NCBI GenBank assembly: GCA_951813565.1
Contig: OX638351.1
Span: 3,565,506 to 3,629,505, forward strand
DNA: 64,000 nucleotides
Reading direction: 5' to 3'
From: an uncultured Poribacteria bacterium
GTDB lineage: Bacteria; Poribacteria; WGA-4E; WGA-3G
Shown here: in pieces, positions 39,269-49,438 of the stretch
Numbering within the stretch: position 1 is the stretch's first letter
Layout: each line of letters opens with the position of its first letter
Notes under the pieces: generated by a model
Database searches by the model: none
The model's input: the letters and a program-made list of their open reading frames with translations, nothing else
What the model was told of the DNA's origin: nothing
Position numbers and translations under genes: made by a program

Positions 39269-40969
39269 TCATTTCGGTGTGTTTATAAGCCCGTGTCCCT
39301 CTTTAATACGAAGAATTTGATTTGCTTTCAAATTGAGAAATCGTTGTTTCTGTCCACTTGGCCAGTGGAGTTCGAGCGTGTCAATCTCAGTGTTTTTTCC
39401 AAGACCAAAATGAACGCGGAGATCGTTTTGTGAAAGATAACTGGAACCGCTATGAACCTCTTTAAAAAGTGAGAGACGGCCTGCTTTCAAAGTAATTTTC
39501 GTACCGATCCCTGATGTGTTGCTCTGTGTGCCGATTGTGTGAATTGTAATCCAATTATTAGTATTTCCCCCATCGTTGCGGAGGAGTTTTGCATGTTGAT
39601 TGGAGTGATTGAGAAAAATATCAATATCTCCATCGTTATCGTAATCACCAAAAGCTGCACAGCGACCTACCATTTTCGTCAGTTGTGTTAAACCGACTTC
39701 AGCAGAAACATCGGAAAAGATATAGGTATCATCTTGACGGTTGTTCTGGAAAAGCAGATCTGTTTGTGCATAAGTTGCATCCGAAAATAAATCAATATTA
39801 TCCTGAAGATGCCCATTGGAAACAAAGATGTCTTGTAGACCATCATTGTTATAATCGAAGAATTCAACTGCCCATTTGAAATATGGAACAGTTACAGCTC
39901 CAATTCCCGAAGCAAAGGAGACATCCGTAAAAAATTGTGTTTTTTCATTGTGAAAAAGAAGGACAGGTTGGGATGGTGCATTGCTTACAACTAAATCAAG
40001 GTCCCCATCGTTATCGTAATCACCGAAAGCACTCCCCATGCCGCTACCGGGAATACCATTTTCGTCATAGCCTGTTCCGGTAAAGTCCGTTACATCGGTA
40101 AACGTGCCATCGCTATTGTTTTGGTAAAGCAGGTCAGGTTCCATGTCGTTAGCGATGTGTAGGTCTGGATCGCCATCATTGTCATAATCCCCCACCGCAA
40201 CTGCAAGTCCGAGGGCGCGATGCGTAATTCCTGCTGCAATGGTAACATCCATGAAGGTTCCATCTCCGTTATTACGGTAGAGAATGTCTGGTTCACTCTT
40301 GAAACGACTGTTATCCATTTGATCCACAGGACTACAATAGATACGGTCACCTCGCGACTCCCACCCTTGGTTTCCCTCAGTGGTGAAAATCATATAGTTC
40401 ACAACATATAGGTCTACATTTCCATCTAAATCGTAATCCAGAAATGCACAACCTGTTCCCCAACGTTTATCATCCACACCAGCTTTTTCGGAGATGTCGG
40501 TGAAAGTTCCATCGCCATTGTTTTGATAGAGGCGGTTGCTTCCGAAGTTTGTTACATATATTTCTGGATAACCGTCGTTGTTAATATCTGCGGCAGCACA
40601 CCCAACGCCGTATCCTGTGTCGCCAATACCTGCTTTTAGCGTTACATCAGTAAAAGTGCCATCTCCATTGTTCTGATATAGTTTATTTATTGGGGGATGA
40701 GTGTTATTATTAGAGGATTCTGCTGGTTGGGTAGGCATGGGGATTTGTGTTGCGTTAATAATATAAAGGTCAAGATTGCCATCACGGTTAAAGTCAAAAA
40801 AGAGTGCACCTGAACCCAGTGTTTCAATAAGATATTTTTCACCGCTTCTGCCATCATAATGCTCAAAGTCAATTCCTGCAGATGCGGTTACATCAACGAA
40901 TTTAACTTCTGTATAAGCGGAAGTACTGAAGAAAACCAAACACAGCAGAAGATAGCAAATACATCTCAT
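39269..40969 (-). CDS. FG-GAP repeat / ASPIC-UnbV (CRTAC1-like) secreted protein
   Basis: Signal peptide. Repeated YQNNGDGTFTDV...GDYDNDGDxDL FG-GAP/VCBS calcium-binding motifs. C-terminal UnbV_ASPIC block. Confidence 0.65.
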   Translation of the reverse strand: MRCICYLLLCLVFFSTSAYTEVKFVDVTASAGIDFEHYDGRSGEKYLIETLGSGALFFDFNRDGNLDLYIINATQIPMPTQPAESSNNNTHPPINKLYQNNGDGTFTDVTLKAGIGDTGYGVGCAAADINNDGYPEIYVTNFGSNRLYQNNGDGTFTDISEKAGVDDKRWGTGCAFLDYDLDGNVDLYVVNYMIFTTEGNQGWESRGDRIYCSPVDQMDNSRFKSEPDILYRNNGDGTFMDVTIAAGITHRALGLAVAVGDYDNDGDPDLHIANDMEPDLLYQNNSDGTFTDVTDFTGTGYDENGIPGSGMGSAFGDYDNDGDLDLVVSNAPSQPVLLFHNEKTQFFTDVSFASGIGAVTVPYFKWAVEFFDYNNDGLQDIFVSNGHLQDNIDLFSDATYAQTDLLFQNNRQDDTYIFSDVSAEVGLTQLTKMVGRCAAFGDYDNDGDIDIFLNHSNQHAKLLRNDGGNTNNWITIHTIGTQSNTSGIGTKITLKAGRLSLFKEVHSGSSYLSQNDLRVHFGLGKNTEIDTLELHWPSGQKQRFLNLKANQILRIKEGHGLINTPK

Positions 40970-42249
40970 TTTTTTGATGTAGTTAGAAGGGAAACCTGCT
41001 TTTGACGGGCTTGTTTTGCTTTACTCTCTAACCCGATGTGCGTGTAAACCGTGGCGAGCGTATCCCAATAATTTGCCTCAGTTGGTGCAAGCTCTGTGGC
41101 AGTTTGTGCATGGGATAGTGCTTTATCAAGATTCCCCCGCAATTCAGTATAGCAAACAGCGATATTATTATGTGCAATAGCGAGTGTTGCATCAATAAAG
41201 ATTGCTTTTTGGTAGGCATCAATAGCGAGTTCTATATTTTCCTGTTGGTGATAAGCAAGCCCTAAATTGTAATGCGCAGCGGCTAAAGATGGAGATAATG
41301 AAATGGCACGTTTATAGTATTCAATTGCTTTATCAGACCGCTTACGCGTCAAATACAAGATACCAAGATTATTATAACCTTTCGGATCGTCTGGATGAAT
41401 TTTGACCCACTTCTGTGCTTTCTGAAGAAGCGGGTCGGTGTGGCGGAGAATTTTGAAGAATGCCATTGTTGACGCTGCTTTTTCCTTCTGCCCAAGTTTA
41501 ATATATGTCTGGGCGAGTTGGTAATGTGCCTCTGTGTTATCACTCTGAATTTCAATCACTTTTTGAAATTGAGTTATAGCATCATCGTAACGTGTCTGCT
41601 TGGCATATACCTGCCCTAAACCTAAAATAGCACCAATTCCACTTGGATTAAGACGAACTGCCTTTGCATAAGATTTTTCTGCTTCAGAAAAGAGTCCTTG
41701 TTTCAGGTATGCCTCAGCGAGTCCGTAATGTGCCTCTGCCCATTTTGCGTCAATAGCGATCGCTTGTTTAAACGCATCAACAGCAGGTGGAAAAGTCCCC
41801 TGTTTCAGATAAACCAACCCGATATTATAGTGTGGTTCGGCTTTCTTTGGTGGTAACGCTAACGCTTTCTTATAAGCGTCAAGCGCTGCATTATATTGTT
41901 TGAGTTCTGAGTACGTTATACCGAGCGCGTTGTAAAAAACGGTAGAATTTGGATTGTGTGCGATGGCCTCTTTATATTCCAATACTGCCTTTTCAAATTC
42001 CTCCAACGCGTAGTAAGCGGATGCTTTTTGATAATGAACTTCAGCGAGCCAGTTAGCTTCCGCATCTGCTTTCGCTGAACGGATTGTTTCATCAAACGCT
42101 TTAAGTGCCTTGCTATATTGACCTTCTTCTAAATTTTTTATACCACGTTGGTAGTGTTCGCCGGCGCGATCAGCTAAAGCGAAGTTTACTAAAGCACTAC
42201 AAAGAATGAGTATCGTTAAGTATCTGAGGGATAGGCATAAATAATTCAA
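40966..42249 (-). CDS. TPR-repeat secreted protein
   Basis: Signal peptide and about 10 TPR units (AxxxY/AxxxLG pattern). A 4-bp ATGA overlap with the upstream gene. Confidence 0.7.
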   Translation of the reverse strand: MNYLCLSLRYLTILILCSALVNFALADRAGEHYQRGIKNLEEGQYSKALKAFDETIRSAKADAEANWLAEVHYQKASAYYALEEFEKAVLEYKEAIAHNPNSTVFYNALGITYSELKQYNAALDAYKKALALPPKKAEPHYNIGLVYLKQGTFPPAVDAFKQAIAIDAKWAEAHYGLAEAYLKQGLFSEAEKSYAKAVRLNPSGIGAILGLGQVYAKQTRYDDAITQFQKVIEIQSDNTEAHYQLAQTYIKLGQKEKAASTMAFFKILRHTDPLLQKAQKWVKIHPDDPKGYNNLGILYLTRKRSDKAIEYYKRAISLSPSLAAAHYNLGLAYHQQENIELAIDAYQKAIFIDATLAIAHNNIAVCYTELRGNLDKALSHAQTATELAPTEANYWDTLATVYTHIGLESKAKQARQKQVSLLTTSKK

Positions 42250-42375
42250 TGTTATAGCGGATTCTACAATTAACTGGACATCTGAGCTGTCCGAGTGATC
42301 TCCGATTCCCGACTATTAGTGGTTTCGTCGCGATTCGGAGATCACTCCTACAGAATATATGTGAACTTATTTACA
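42250..42375. repeat. Repeat-140 copy B (inverted relative to copy A)
   Basis: Reverse complement matches 31886-32010 almost base for base. Confidence 0.8.
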
Positions 42376-42611
42376 TAATTTACTATAATGTGTGTTTAAA
42401 GGTAGTAGACACGCTCCGCATGCCGTAAACAGTTTAAAAGTGGCAACAAATACCAAACGCTTATTTGGCAATAAATTACGCGACTACAATCCGGATTTCT
42501 ACAAATGAGGAAGCACCTAAAGTACGGCACTGTCTGTGTTGCTGCGCCAAATAATTATGCACACACCTCAAGTATCTTAGCATTTGAAGACTGAGATTTC
42601 CCTTATGATTT

Positions 42612-42640
42612 AACTAAAAAAGGGCAGAGTTTCTCTGCCC
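42612..42640 (-). terminator. Rho-independent terminator downstream of the LamG gene (minus strand)
   Basis: GGGCAGAG-TTT-CTCTGCCC hairpin at 42622-42640. The minus strand is followed by TTTTTT. Confidence 0.6.
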
Positions 42641-42653
42641 TTACAAACCAAAC

Positions 42654-43433
42654 TTATTGACGGCGGTCTGCCTTAATGACTCCCCATGTTGTAGCCAGTT
42701 TCTCCGCGGGGTCTACCGGTGCAAAATCGCCAGCTTTGATTGTGTTAATCTCTGCTTCAGAAAGAATTCGATTAAAGAGATACACCTCATCAATGGTCCC
42801 TGTGAAAAATTCCTGACCGGGATGCCTTGCACCAACCATAATTGATCCGTCGATCTCAATGATTTGGGCAGGGTTATTATCAGTACCTACTTTATTGCCA
42901 TCATAGTAAATTGCAGACTCAGATTTAGGGTCATGTGTTACAGTAATATGCACCCAATCTTCGGGTTGATCTACATCAGAAATAGCTTCTGGAGACCAGT
43001 TTGGATCTTTAGAATAAAGATAAGTTTTTTTATTATTGTTATTAAAAATAGTTGCCCATACAAGTGGACCAGCAGAAACCATATAGTTCCATTCGCTAAT
43101 TTGCGCATTTCCGCGTTTGACCCAAAATGCTATGGTAAACTGTTCTCTTAACTGTAAAGTGTCGTTAATTGGCACTTTTACATGAGTTCCCTTTGTGCCA
43201 TCAAATTCAAGTGCTTTGCCACCAAATTGTCCATCAACCCATGTAGGATCTTTGATAAGTTCGCCATCATGTCCATATTCAGAACTATCTTTGGCAGTGG
43301 CACCCTTGCCTTCATCAAAGGAAAGATATAACACGAGCGATTTATCGTCCAAACCTGCATACGATGGTGTGATAACGATTAACAGTGTTAATATTGCAAC
43401 AAGCCCTATTGTAAATTGTAGAAATTTGCGCAC
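42654..43433 (-). CDS. Secreted LamG-like (Laminin_G_3) protein, paralog of 7260..8093
   Basis: Signal peptide and LamG_3 blocks. C-terminus ...LATTWGVIKADRRQ. Confidence 0.55.
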   Translation of the reverse strand: MRKFLQFTIGLVAILTLLIVITPSYAGLDDKSLVLYLSFDEGKGATAKDSSEYGHDGELIKDPTWVDGQFGGKALEFDGTKGTHVKVPINDTLQLREQFTIAFWVKRGNAQISEWNYMVSAGPLVWATIFNNNNKKTYLYSKDPNWSPEAISDVDQPEDWVHITVTHDPKSESAIYYDGNKVGTDNNPAQIIEIDGSIMVGARHPGQEFFTGTIDEVYLFNRILSEAEINTIKAGDFAPVDPAEKLATTWGVIKADRRQ

Positions 43434-43512
43434 AAATGTATCCTCCTTAACAGGTTTAATAATTCTTTACTAATGGATGTCTTCCAAAATCTACTTGAAA
43501 ACAGCAGATTGT

Positions 43513-45255
43513 TTAGCAAGCACCACACTTTTTACAAACTGTAGTATCACATTCGCTTGTCATAAAGCCTTTTTCGTGTTTATTGAACTCAAGCTGTAGA
43601 AATTGAGGTTTAACGTTAAGGTCAAGATGATCCCAGGGGTTGACTTCGCTGAATCCACGTTGACGAAGCGCATAAAAATCAGGAGCTAATCCGTGTGCAC
43701 GGAAAGCATTGTTCCACGATGTCCCACGCGCAATTTCCAATATAACTTTGCCAAGTCGTCGGTCGCCGCGCGCAAAAACTGCTTCTTGATGTGCCATGCG
43801 CGCACTTGCAGACGATACTTTTATACTACCGAGACTGTTTATCTCCCGCTTCAGATAGTCAAGTTTTTTTGCAATAGTTTTTGGTGGTTCCATTGCTACC
43901 CACTGAAATGGAGTATGCGGTTTAGGCACCATTGGCGAAATCGTAAAACTGATACGCCCAATTTTTCCAGTCCGCTTGGCATGTGGCAGCAGAATTGTAC
44001 GCATCTCTTTCGCCATTTCTGCGATTGCTGTTACATCGGCAGGTGTTTCCTGAGGAACACCGATAAGAAAGTATAGTCGAAGATTAAGAATATCACGTTT
44101 CAATGCTTCTTCAAAAACATAGTAGAGTCGTTCGCGGGGAATTGCTTTATTTACAACCTTTTGAAGTTCTTCAGTCGCCACTTCGGGAGCGATGGTAATT
44201 GTGCCTTGATCGCTGTCAGCAAGCGCATCAAGAAGGGGAGTCTCAACGGTTTCTGCACGGAGTGATGCACACGAGATGCGAAATCCTCCGTCAACTAAAC
44301 CCGTTGCGATCTCGTTTATCTGTGGATGATCGGAGATGGACGCACCTACTAACCCAATTCTATTTGTAATACCCCTTGCTTTTTCTGCCAGTGCGAGTGT
44401 GTTTTCTACAGAACGTTGCCGTGGCCATCGGCGCGCGTAATCTGCTACGCAGAAGCGGCACTGTCTGCCACACCCACGCACAATTTCAATTAAATGCGCA
44501 TTTGAGAACTCAGTATTTGGGGTATGAATATGTGTGCAGGTTTCCACACCGTCCAGTTTCGGTACAGCTGCAGAACGAATTTTCTGAGGGAATCCTGGTT
44601 TTGCACTCACCTGTTTGACCGTTCCGTCGGAATGGTATGTAACATCATAAAAACTTGGTACATACAGACCGGGTTCTGTCCCAAGTGATTTCAGTAAGTC
44701 GGCTTTTGAAGCCTTTGACATTTTCCATTCGTGAAATTTATCCATCAATTCGTGGATTATCAGTTCTGCCTCACCTACAACAAAGACATCAATGAAATCA
44801 GCTAACGGCTCTGGATTATAAGAGATGTTAATTCCACCGGCAATAATAAGCGGATCCCACTCTGAGCGTTCCTCACTAAGCTGCGGTATGTTACCTAATT
44901 CCAACGCTCGTGGTATATTGATATAATCCGATTCAAATGAGACGGAGAATCCTACAATATCGAAAGCGTGAAGTGCTGTTTGCGTTTCTAAAGAGAAGAG
45001 AGGCATCTTCTTCTTCATGAGTTCGCGAACATATTGAGGTTCTGGTATAAAAACGCGTTCACACGCAGTATCCTTGCGACTGTTCAACGTGGCATGAATA
45101 ACTTGAACCCCTAAACTTGACATACCAAGTTGATATGTGCTTGGATAAACCAAGGCAAACTTGTTAGGTTTTCTAAAATGTGTAAGCGCGCTTTGACTCG
45201 GCACCGCGTATTTTTCGGTTTTTAGCAGCTGCTGTACGTGTTCGCGTAAATCCAA
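43513..45255 (-). CDS. B12-binding-like / radical SAM domain protein (TIGR03960-like)
   Basis: CxxxCxxC (CGRQCRFC) radical-SAM cluster mid-protein. N-terminal B12-binding-like fold. Cys-rich C-terminus CKKCGAC. 50 bp downstream of ftsZ on the same strand. Confidence 0.55.
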   Translation of the reverse strand: MDLREHVQQLLKTEKYAVPSQSALTHFRKPNKFALVYPSTYQLGMSSLGVQVIHATLNSRKDTACERVFIPEPQYVRELMKKKMPLFSLETQTALHAFDIVGFSVSFESDYINIPRALELGNIPQLSEERSEWDPLIIAGGINISYNPEPLADFIDVFVVGEAELIIHELMDKFHEWKMSKASKADLLKSLGTEPGLYVPSFYDVTYHSDGTVKQVSAKPGFPQKIRSAAVPKLDGVETCTHIHTPNTEFSNAHLIEIVRGCGRQCRFCVADYARRWPRQRSVENTLALAEKARGITNRIGLVGASISDHPQINEIATGLVDGGFRISCASLRAETVETPLLDALADSDQGTITIAPEVATEELQKVVNKAIPRERLYYVFEEALKRDILNLRLYFLIGVPQETPADVTAIAEMAKEMRTILLPHAKRTGKIGRISFTISPMVPKPHTPFQWVAMEPPKTIAKKLDYLKREINSLGSIKVSSASARMAHQEAVFARGDRRLGKVILEIARGTSWNNAFRAHGLAPDFYALRQRGFSEVNPWDHLDLNVKPQFLQLEFNKHEKGFMTSECDTTVCKKCGAC

Positions 45256-45304
45256 TTCAATCCCTCTTTACTTAGCGTATATGCAAATAAGACAAGGTGT
45301 AGAA

Positions 45305-46651
45305 TTAATTTCTACGTTTATCCCTTCGCTGTTGAACCCGGAGAAATGCGGGGATGTCCCACTGTTTTTCACGGTTCTGATTTTGTTCATCGTTAGTTTC
45401 GCTATCGTCTTCTTCGGGTTTTTCTTGTCCTACCTGCTGTGGTGAAGTCCGTTGTCGGTTAGCAGGAAGGTGAGATGCAGCACCAGACGTTCCTTCGTTT
45501 CTTCGTCCTTGTGGTTGTCTGTCCCAAGCAGGGCGCTGCGTACCCTGTTGAGTCCGTCCTGCAGTACCTGTCTCAGTATTTCGAACCCGACTACCTTGAA
45601 GCATCGGATTTGGTTGTCCACCTTGTACGTTTTCTCCCTGCGGGTTAAGTCTGCCACTTTGACTTGAAACATAAGCAGAATCTGAAGGCGGGTCGAATCC
45701 AGTAGCAATTACAGTCACCAAGACTTCCTCGTTAAGTTCCAATTCATCTTTGTAGACCAACCCGAAGATCGGCTGTGCATCTGCGGAAGCTTCTACAATA
45801 ACCTGCATGGCTTCATCCAACTCGTGCATCGTAAAATCAGGCGGAGACGTAATATTGACAATCATTCCAACTGCTCCTGAAATGCTGGTTTCTTCAAGCA
45901 AGGGCGAGGAAATGGCAGCCGCCGCTGCAGCTTGCGCGCGGTTATCTCCTGTTGCCCGACCCATCCCCATCAGCGCGGTTCCAGCGTCGCGCATCACCGT
46001 TTCCACATCAGCAAAGTCAACGTTAATCTCACCCGATTCAGTAATAATATCAGATATGCTCTGGACACCGTGTAGTAGAATCTCATCTCCTATCTTAAAT
46101 GCTTCTGGAATCGGAAGTTTTCTATCAATTGTGTCAATTAGACGTTGGTTAGGCACAACGATAACAGAATCAGCACTATCTCGGAGTTCTCGCAATCCTG
46201 TTTCAGCTTTTTCAGCACGATGCCTTCCTTCAAAATTGAAGGGTCGGGTTACTACCCCAATCGTTAATGCTCCCTTCTCTTTAGCAAGCGAGGCCACAAC
46301 GGGTGCTGCACCAGTCCCAGTGCCTCCACCCATTCCAGCAGCGACGAAGACCATGTTGGCAGAATCCACAATTTCTTGTAAACATTCTCGGTCTTCGTCT
46401 GCTGCCCTTCTGCCTATCTCCGGATTAGCGCCTGCTCCCAACCCTTTGGTAGTGCTGGTTCCAATCGGAACAGATGTGGCACCATGGCATGTACTGAGTG
46501 CCTGTTGGTCCGTGTTTACAGCATAAAATTCAATGCCGGTGAGTCCAGCTTCGATCATACGCCTGACAGCGTTTCCGCCAGCTCCACCTACACCGATAAC
46601 CTTTATTTTTGCACTCAATTTTTCAAATTCTTCTTGTTCAAAATCTATCAT
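45305..46651 (-). CDS. ftsZ: Cell division GTPase FtsZ
   Basis: IKVIGVGGAGGNAVRRMIE tubulin signature. GGGTGTG. Long Q/G/R-rich linker, conserved C-terminal peptide DIPAFLR and a basic tail. Confidence 0.9.
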   Translation of the reverse strand: MIDFEQEEFEKLSAKIKVIGVGGAGGNAVRRMIEAGLTGIEFYAVNTDQQALSTCHGATSVPIGTSTTKGLGAGANPEIGRRAADEDRECLQEIVDSANMVFVAAGMGGGTGTGAAPVVASLAKEKGALTIGVVTRPFNFEGRHRAEKAETGLRELRDSADSVIVVPNQRLIDTIDRKLPIPEAFKIGDEILLHGVQSISDIITESGEINVDFADVETVMRDAGTALMGMGRATGDNRAQAAAAAAISSPLLEETSISGAVGMIVNITSPPDFTMHELDEAMQVIVEASADAQPIFGLVYKDELELNEEVLVTVIATGFDPPSDSAYVSSQSGRLNPQGENVQGGQPNPMLQGSRVRNTETGTAGRTQQGTQRPAWDRQPQGRRNEGTSGAASHLPANRQRTSPQQVGQEKPEEDDSETNDEQNQNREKQWDIPAFLRVQQRRDKRRN

Positions 46652-47239
46652 TCTTTATTTCAGTCACCTTTGGACGACACATCCTTCGGTGCCTCCGAGC
46701 TTATAACTTTCCTTCATTGTTGTAGAACGTTGTCTAACCAACGGCAACTTAATTCCTCCTTCTGCATAAGCATTTCATTGGATAAGTGCTATATCAGTGT
46801 GCAATTTTACACGCTTTGGTTTACCAATACTTTTCGTACAAATCTTGACTCCACCAAATTCTCCCCTCATTGTTGATATGCTGCAAATATGAATCCTAAA
46901 TCCAGTGCTTTACCTAAGTAACCATACGCTGAGAGTAAGGTTGCAATTCATTATCTCGTCGGGAAATTTAGAATTACCTTTAAATAAAGACACATACGTA
47001 CTTTCTTCCGTGGTCTATTCTCTGGATTAGTAATTAGATTATATCCAATTATACATATAATCTCGAATTAAATCAATACAATGCGTAATAGATTGGGTAA
47101 ATGTTGAATTGTGTTTCGTCGAAGGTTGTTAGGTTTCGACCCTCGATCATTTAGCTTGTCAATTCCAATACACTCTGTATTTTAGAATTACCTTAATTTT
47201 GAATAAAAACCGAATTGTCGCAGCGGCACCTCATAGGAC

Positions 47240-48475
47240 CTAATACCCGAACCATTCTTTTATACGGCTGAAAAACCCACCAATTGGACCTGAACCTCGT
47301 CTCAACGCTTGTGCTTGTTTTTTTTCACGCCGCAAAGATTCCCCGTACATTGCCAACCCTAAACTCGTAGCATACATCGGGTAATTTACCCTGTCCGTTA
47401 AACCCTTTAGTTCCATCGGATATCCGACTTGTACACGAAGTTGTAGAATCTGTTCCGCGAGTTCTACCAAACCATCCATAAGTGCAGTTCCCCCCGTCAA
47501 CACAAGTCCACCTGGAAGTTGCATATCCCCAAGTTCGCTCGCTATCCCCTCCAGAATTTGTACCATTCGGTATTCAATAATTTGCGCCAATTCATAGCGG
47601 CTAATAAACTTTGGTGGTGTCGAACCTGTTGTAATTGGAATCGGGTTTGTATCATCTTCTGGCACCCACTCTGTCCATGCACATCCACGGTGAAGTTTTA
47701 GTTCTTCTGCCATAGACAACGTCAATTTTAGGTATTGAGCGATGTCATTTGTTACATGTTGTCCGCCAACAGGAAACACAACAACATGTTGAATTGCATC
47801 TTCCTTATAAACAATAATTTCAGTCGTTTGGTCTCCGATATCTGCAAGTGCAATTCCCACTTCACGTTCGTCTCGCTGGAGAACAGATTTTGCTGATGCG
47901 ACTGGGGCAACTGCAAGTGTTTCCACGCTCGGAATTTCCGCACTCTCAACACTGTTCAACAAACTTTGAATTCCACTTGTGTTTCCAGTAATTATATATG
48001 CATTTGCTTCTAAACGAGAACCTGACATTCCAATAGGTTCTTTGATCCGGTTGTGCATATCAATAACAAAGTTTTGCTCAATCACGTGCAGAATATCTTG
48101 CCCCTCAGGGATAGCTGCAATCGCCTGTGCAGATTGCATCGCTCTATCTACATCATCCCTTGTGATCAACGAAGCATTTTTTACTGTAATCACACCGCGT
48201 GACGTTTGCCCAACAACATGCTCACCCGAAATTCCTAAACATACCGACTCTATGTTTACGCCTGCCATCAGTTCTGCTTCGGAAATCGCCTCTCTAATTG
48301 CTTCTGCGGTTAGATTGATGTCAACGACAACGCCTCTTCGCAAACCTTTTGAGTTTGCATAGCCGACACCAATAATCTCCATCTGACCATCCAGACCCGG
48401 CAAGGTATGGCATGCGACAACTGATATTTTACTTGAGCCGATATCTAATCCGGTGATAATGGTTCCTTTTGCCAT
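47240..48475 (-). CDS. ftsA: Cell division protein FtsA
   Basis: Actin-like ATPase (GLDIGSSKISVV...). Position between ftsQ and ftsZ. Confidence 0.85.
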   Translation of the reverse strand: MAKGTIITGLDIGSSKISVVACHTLPGLDGQMEIIGVGYANSKGLRRGVVVDINLTAEAIREAISEAELMAGVNIESVCLGISGEHVVGQTSRGVITVKNASLITRDDVDRAMQSAQAIAAIPEGQDILHVIEQNFVIDMHNRIKEPIGMSGSRLEANAYIITGNTSGIQSLLNSVESAEIPSVETLAVAPVASAKSVLQRDEREVGIALADIGDQTTEIIVYKEDAIQHVVVFPVGGQHVTNDIAQYLKLTLSMAEELKLHRGCAWTEWVPEDDTNPIPITTGSTPPKFISRYELAQIIEYRMVQILEGIASELGDMQLPGGLVLTGGTALMDGLVELAEQILQLRVQVGYPMELKGLTDRVNYPMYATSLGLAMYGESLRREKKQAQALRRGSGPIGGFFSRIKEWFGY

Positions 48476-49432
48476 CTATTTGCTCTCACCTCCTAAATAG
48501 AGTGTATCTTCATATCGTGCATCTAAATATGTATATTTTTTTGGCAAGAGGATATCCTTATTGCCTGCACGTGTTTTCGTCAATGAATTTGTCTTTAACA
48601 TTTGTCTTTCTCTCTGGAAGATAAGGTGTCCTCGCTGTTGGACAAACAGTCCCGCATGATAAAGTCCGGTTTCAATTAGATCTGCCGCAATCCACACTGG
48701 AATCGGTAAACTTTCTATGTCTATTTTAATTTGTTGCGAAACTCGCGCATCAATGGTTTTCATATATTTTGCCAATTCAGGTTCTCGCGACATTGCTAAC
48801 TTCAGGGTGTGAATACCGAGCTGTGTTGTGCTGGTATTGATCTGCTTGCCAACTTTAGGCACTTGTATTCCTTCATCCAAAATGAGTGTCATGTGGTTAT
48901 ATTTTTCCGGTGTAATAGATTCTAACACATAACCGTCTTCATTTATCAAAAAAAGTTCATTTTTGCTTTTCCTTCCTACTGTTTCTTGAGATGTCTTTTC
49001 TGATTTCGTTTTTTCTAATATAATATGATTCACTCGTGCAAACGGTTCACGCTCAGTAATTTCAATGGTCAACTGACGTTTTACAAAACTTCGGGAAACG
49101 TGAGCATCCTCAATATAACTCAGATTTTCCTTCAGATAGGTAACAGTTTGTACTTCAGAATCTGTGACGATATTATCAAGGTTTTCGCCTAATACATTGT
49201 AAATTTGCCCTTCAGTGTAGTGCGAATTACCAAAAAGTGCTATGGATACTTGTACGCGTTCAAAATCGAAAAATCCGAGGACGATTTTCCCTAAAAACAA
49301 CAAGGTTACAACCAAAGTTCCTAACACAAACATCCGTCGAGCGCGGTATTTTGATGGGCGCACTTGTCTCGGTTTGAAAATACGATGGGAAGTACCTCCT
49401 TTTTTCTGCCTACGTACTTTTTTAAGTTTCAT
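48476..49432 (-). CDS. ftsQ: Cell division protein FtsQ (POTRA domain)
   Basis: N-terminal basic segment plus TM helix. POTRA-like block. Abuts ftsA with no gap. Confidence 0.6.
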   Translation of the reverse strand: MKLKKVRRQKKGGTSHRIFKPRQVRPSKYRARRMFVLGTLVVTLLFLGKIVLGFFDFERVQVSIALFGNSHYTEGQIYNVLGENLDNIVTDSEVQTVTYLKENLSYIEDAHVSRSFVKRQLTIEITEREPFARVNHIILEKTKSEKTSQETVGRKSKNELFLINEDGYVLESITPEKYNHMTLILDEGIQVPKVGKQINTSTTQLGIHTLKLAMSREPELAKYMKTIDARVSQQIKIDIESLPIPVWIAADLIETGLYHAGLFVQQRGHLIFQRERQMLKTNSLTKTRAGNKDILLPKKYTYLDARYEDTLYLGGESK

Positions 49433-49438
49433 TATATT

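Noticed and set aside
45807-46526. 239-aa ORF antisense to ftsZ (and similar antisense ORFs at 57704-58429 in murF, 23715-24409 opposite ackA, 61738-62229 in murE)
   Set aside because: Each is fully embedded in a well-supported conserved gene on the other strand. The translations are low-complexity Ser/Ala/Pro-rich, with no start context. They are treated as spurious.
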